This document shows positions 62,697-64,000 of a DNA stretch of 64,000 nt, one piece after another; within the stretch, counting starts at the first letter, position 1, and each line of letters opens with the position of its first letter. The stretch covers positions 620,001 through 684,000 of the forward strand of contig CP142726.1 in assembly GCA_036630325.1 (NCBI GenBank), given 5' to 3'. The translations under genes were made by a program, and so were the position numbers. A model generated the notes under the pieces. The model was not told the DNA's origin. It saw only the letters and a program-made list of their open reading frames with translations, and searched no databases. This stretch comes from Vairimorpha necatrix. Lineage: Eukaryota.

Positions 62697-64000
62697 GGGT
62701 GCAAAAAAAAATATTATTTATATTAAAAAAAATCCATTAATTAATTTTTGTTAATAAAAATTTTTATAGCATTTGGATTTAATGAAAATACAAATATAAT
62801 CATTATAAATGATATGTCAAATTTCTCAATTTCCTTGCATTTGTTTGACATGGCATGGAAGTCAATTTACAATAAAACTCATGCTCGATCATAATAACTA
62901 AATATTGACTTAAGCATAATTAAATTAGTTAAAGAGATTTATATATCCTTTTATTTATTATAAATACAGAAATGGACAAAAATGATTTTTTAATTTTTCG
63001 AAAAAAGAAATATATGTTTTACAAAAAAGGAGAAAATGCCGGAGAAAAATATTCCATAAAAAATTTTAGATGTACATATATAAAATAATATATGTAATAG
63101 GTTATTGTATTTAAGTCCAAAAAGATATTCTTAACTCAAAAAAAATTATCTTTACAATAATTTAATGAATTGCTTTCTGAGCTAATATAGAAAAAACTCA
63201 ACAGAAATATGGTATCATCATAAGCAGGGAGTTGTGATTTTTTGTTTTTACATAATAAATTTGGATGCGCTTTAGGCTCAATATCAATGTAAAAAGAGCT
63301 AGTTAATGGAGGTTACGAAATAGGCATATATATTATAAAGCGTAATTATATAAGACTGAAATAAAAATGACATATTATTTTTTGTTAAAAAAATAAATAA
63401 GCTCTAAACTTGTATTAATATTAAAAATTTGGTTTTCTTGAAAAATCTTTGAAATAACAAAAATTATTAGATAAACAAAGTCCTTGCGTTGATAAAAAAG
63501 ATCCAAGATAATTAGTAGTGGTTTTTTTAAAAAAATGTTATTGTGGTATATTTTTTCATAACTTTTTGACAGTTAATTTCTTTTTAAGTGTTGAAAAAAT
63601 GGGAGCATGCAGTCTAGTTGGGCAATAGTATCGTATTAAGTTACATGCAAAATAGATTTATCAAGTTTATGTAGTATGGGCATACAATAGTCATTGCAAA
63701 ATAAGCCTATGAGATGTTTTATTAATGAAAAGTGATATTTTTAACAGGATTGTTCAAAAAGCAAAATTGAAGATGCTACAATTTAATGTAAAGATTTATG
63801 ACATCTTTATTGATCATATATCGTGCATATGAGCACGAAATTTTATATTTGAAGATATATAAAACGGCATTTTTTCACAAAATTTTGTTATTCAGACACA
63901 GAATTACATTTTTCACATAAGTTTATCATAAAGATTGGGGCGATATTGGCATTTTTACAGATTCTTGATCAAAAAATGTGTTAAAAAAAATAAAAAGCCG

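Larger units (their letters stand above)
59740..64000. repeat. Tandem segmental duplication, period ~2.33 kb; second unit runs off the window
   Basis: 60370/62696 and 60488/62814 both offset by 2326; collinear similarity to the window end. Confidence 0.9.

Overview
Very AT-rich eukaryotic DNA, most consistent with a large, transposon-rich microsporidian genome. This is an inference from CCC motifs just upstream of start codons, abundant Merlin/IS1595-like elements and short intronless host genes. Bases 1 to ~52.3 kb are a nested transposon graveyard: ten Merlin DNA transposons (8-bp TSDs; one with an intact transposase), a Tc1/IS630-like element, Ginger2-like and MULE-like relics, an RLE-type non-LTR retrotransposon, several decayed Ty3/Gypsy elements, two solo LTRs and a tRNA-like sequence. 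Three things stand out. (i) Two young RT-less LTR elements have intact single ORFs: Gag-PR-IN, and Gag plus scrambled in-frame pol relics. (ii) Several Gypsy families of ~3.0-3.4 kb have only 37-70 bp LTRs, with an ATG formed at the LTR/PBS junction. (iii) Several non-coding islands show strong predicted RNA structure, and Merlin transposase genes carry a third TIR copy that co-varies with the termini. The last 12 kb holds host genes: an aldo-keto reductase, a probable Esc2/Rad60-like SUMO-like-domain protein, and a tandemly duplicated, disabled family with a signal-peptide-like N-terminus. All calls were made by eye; boundaries of decayed elements are approximate.
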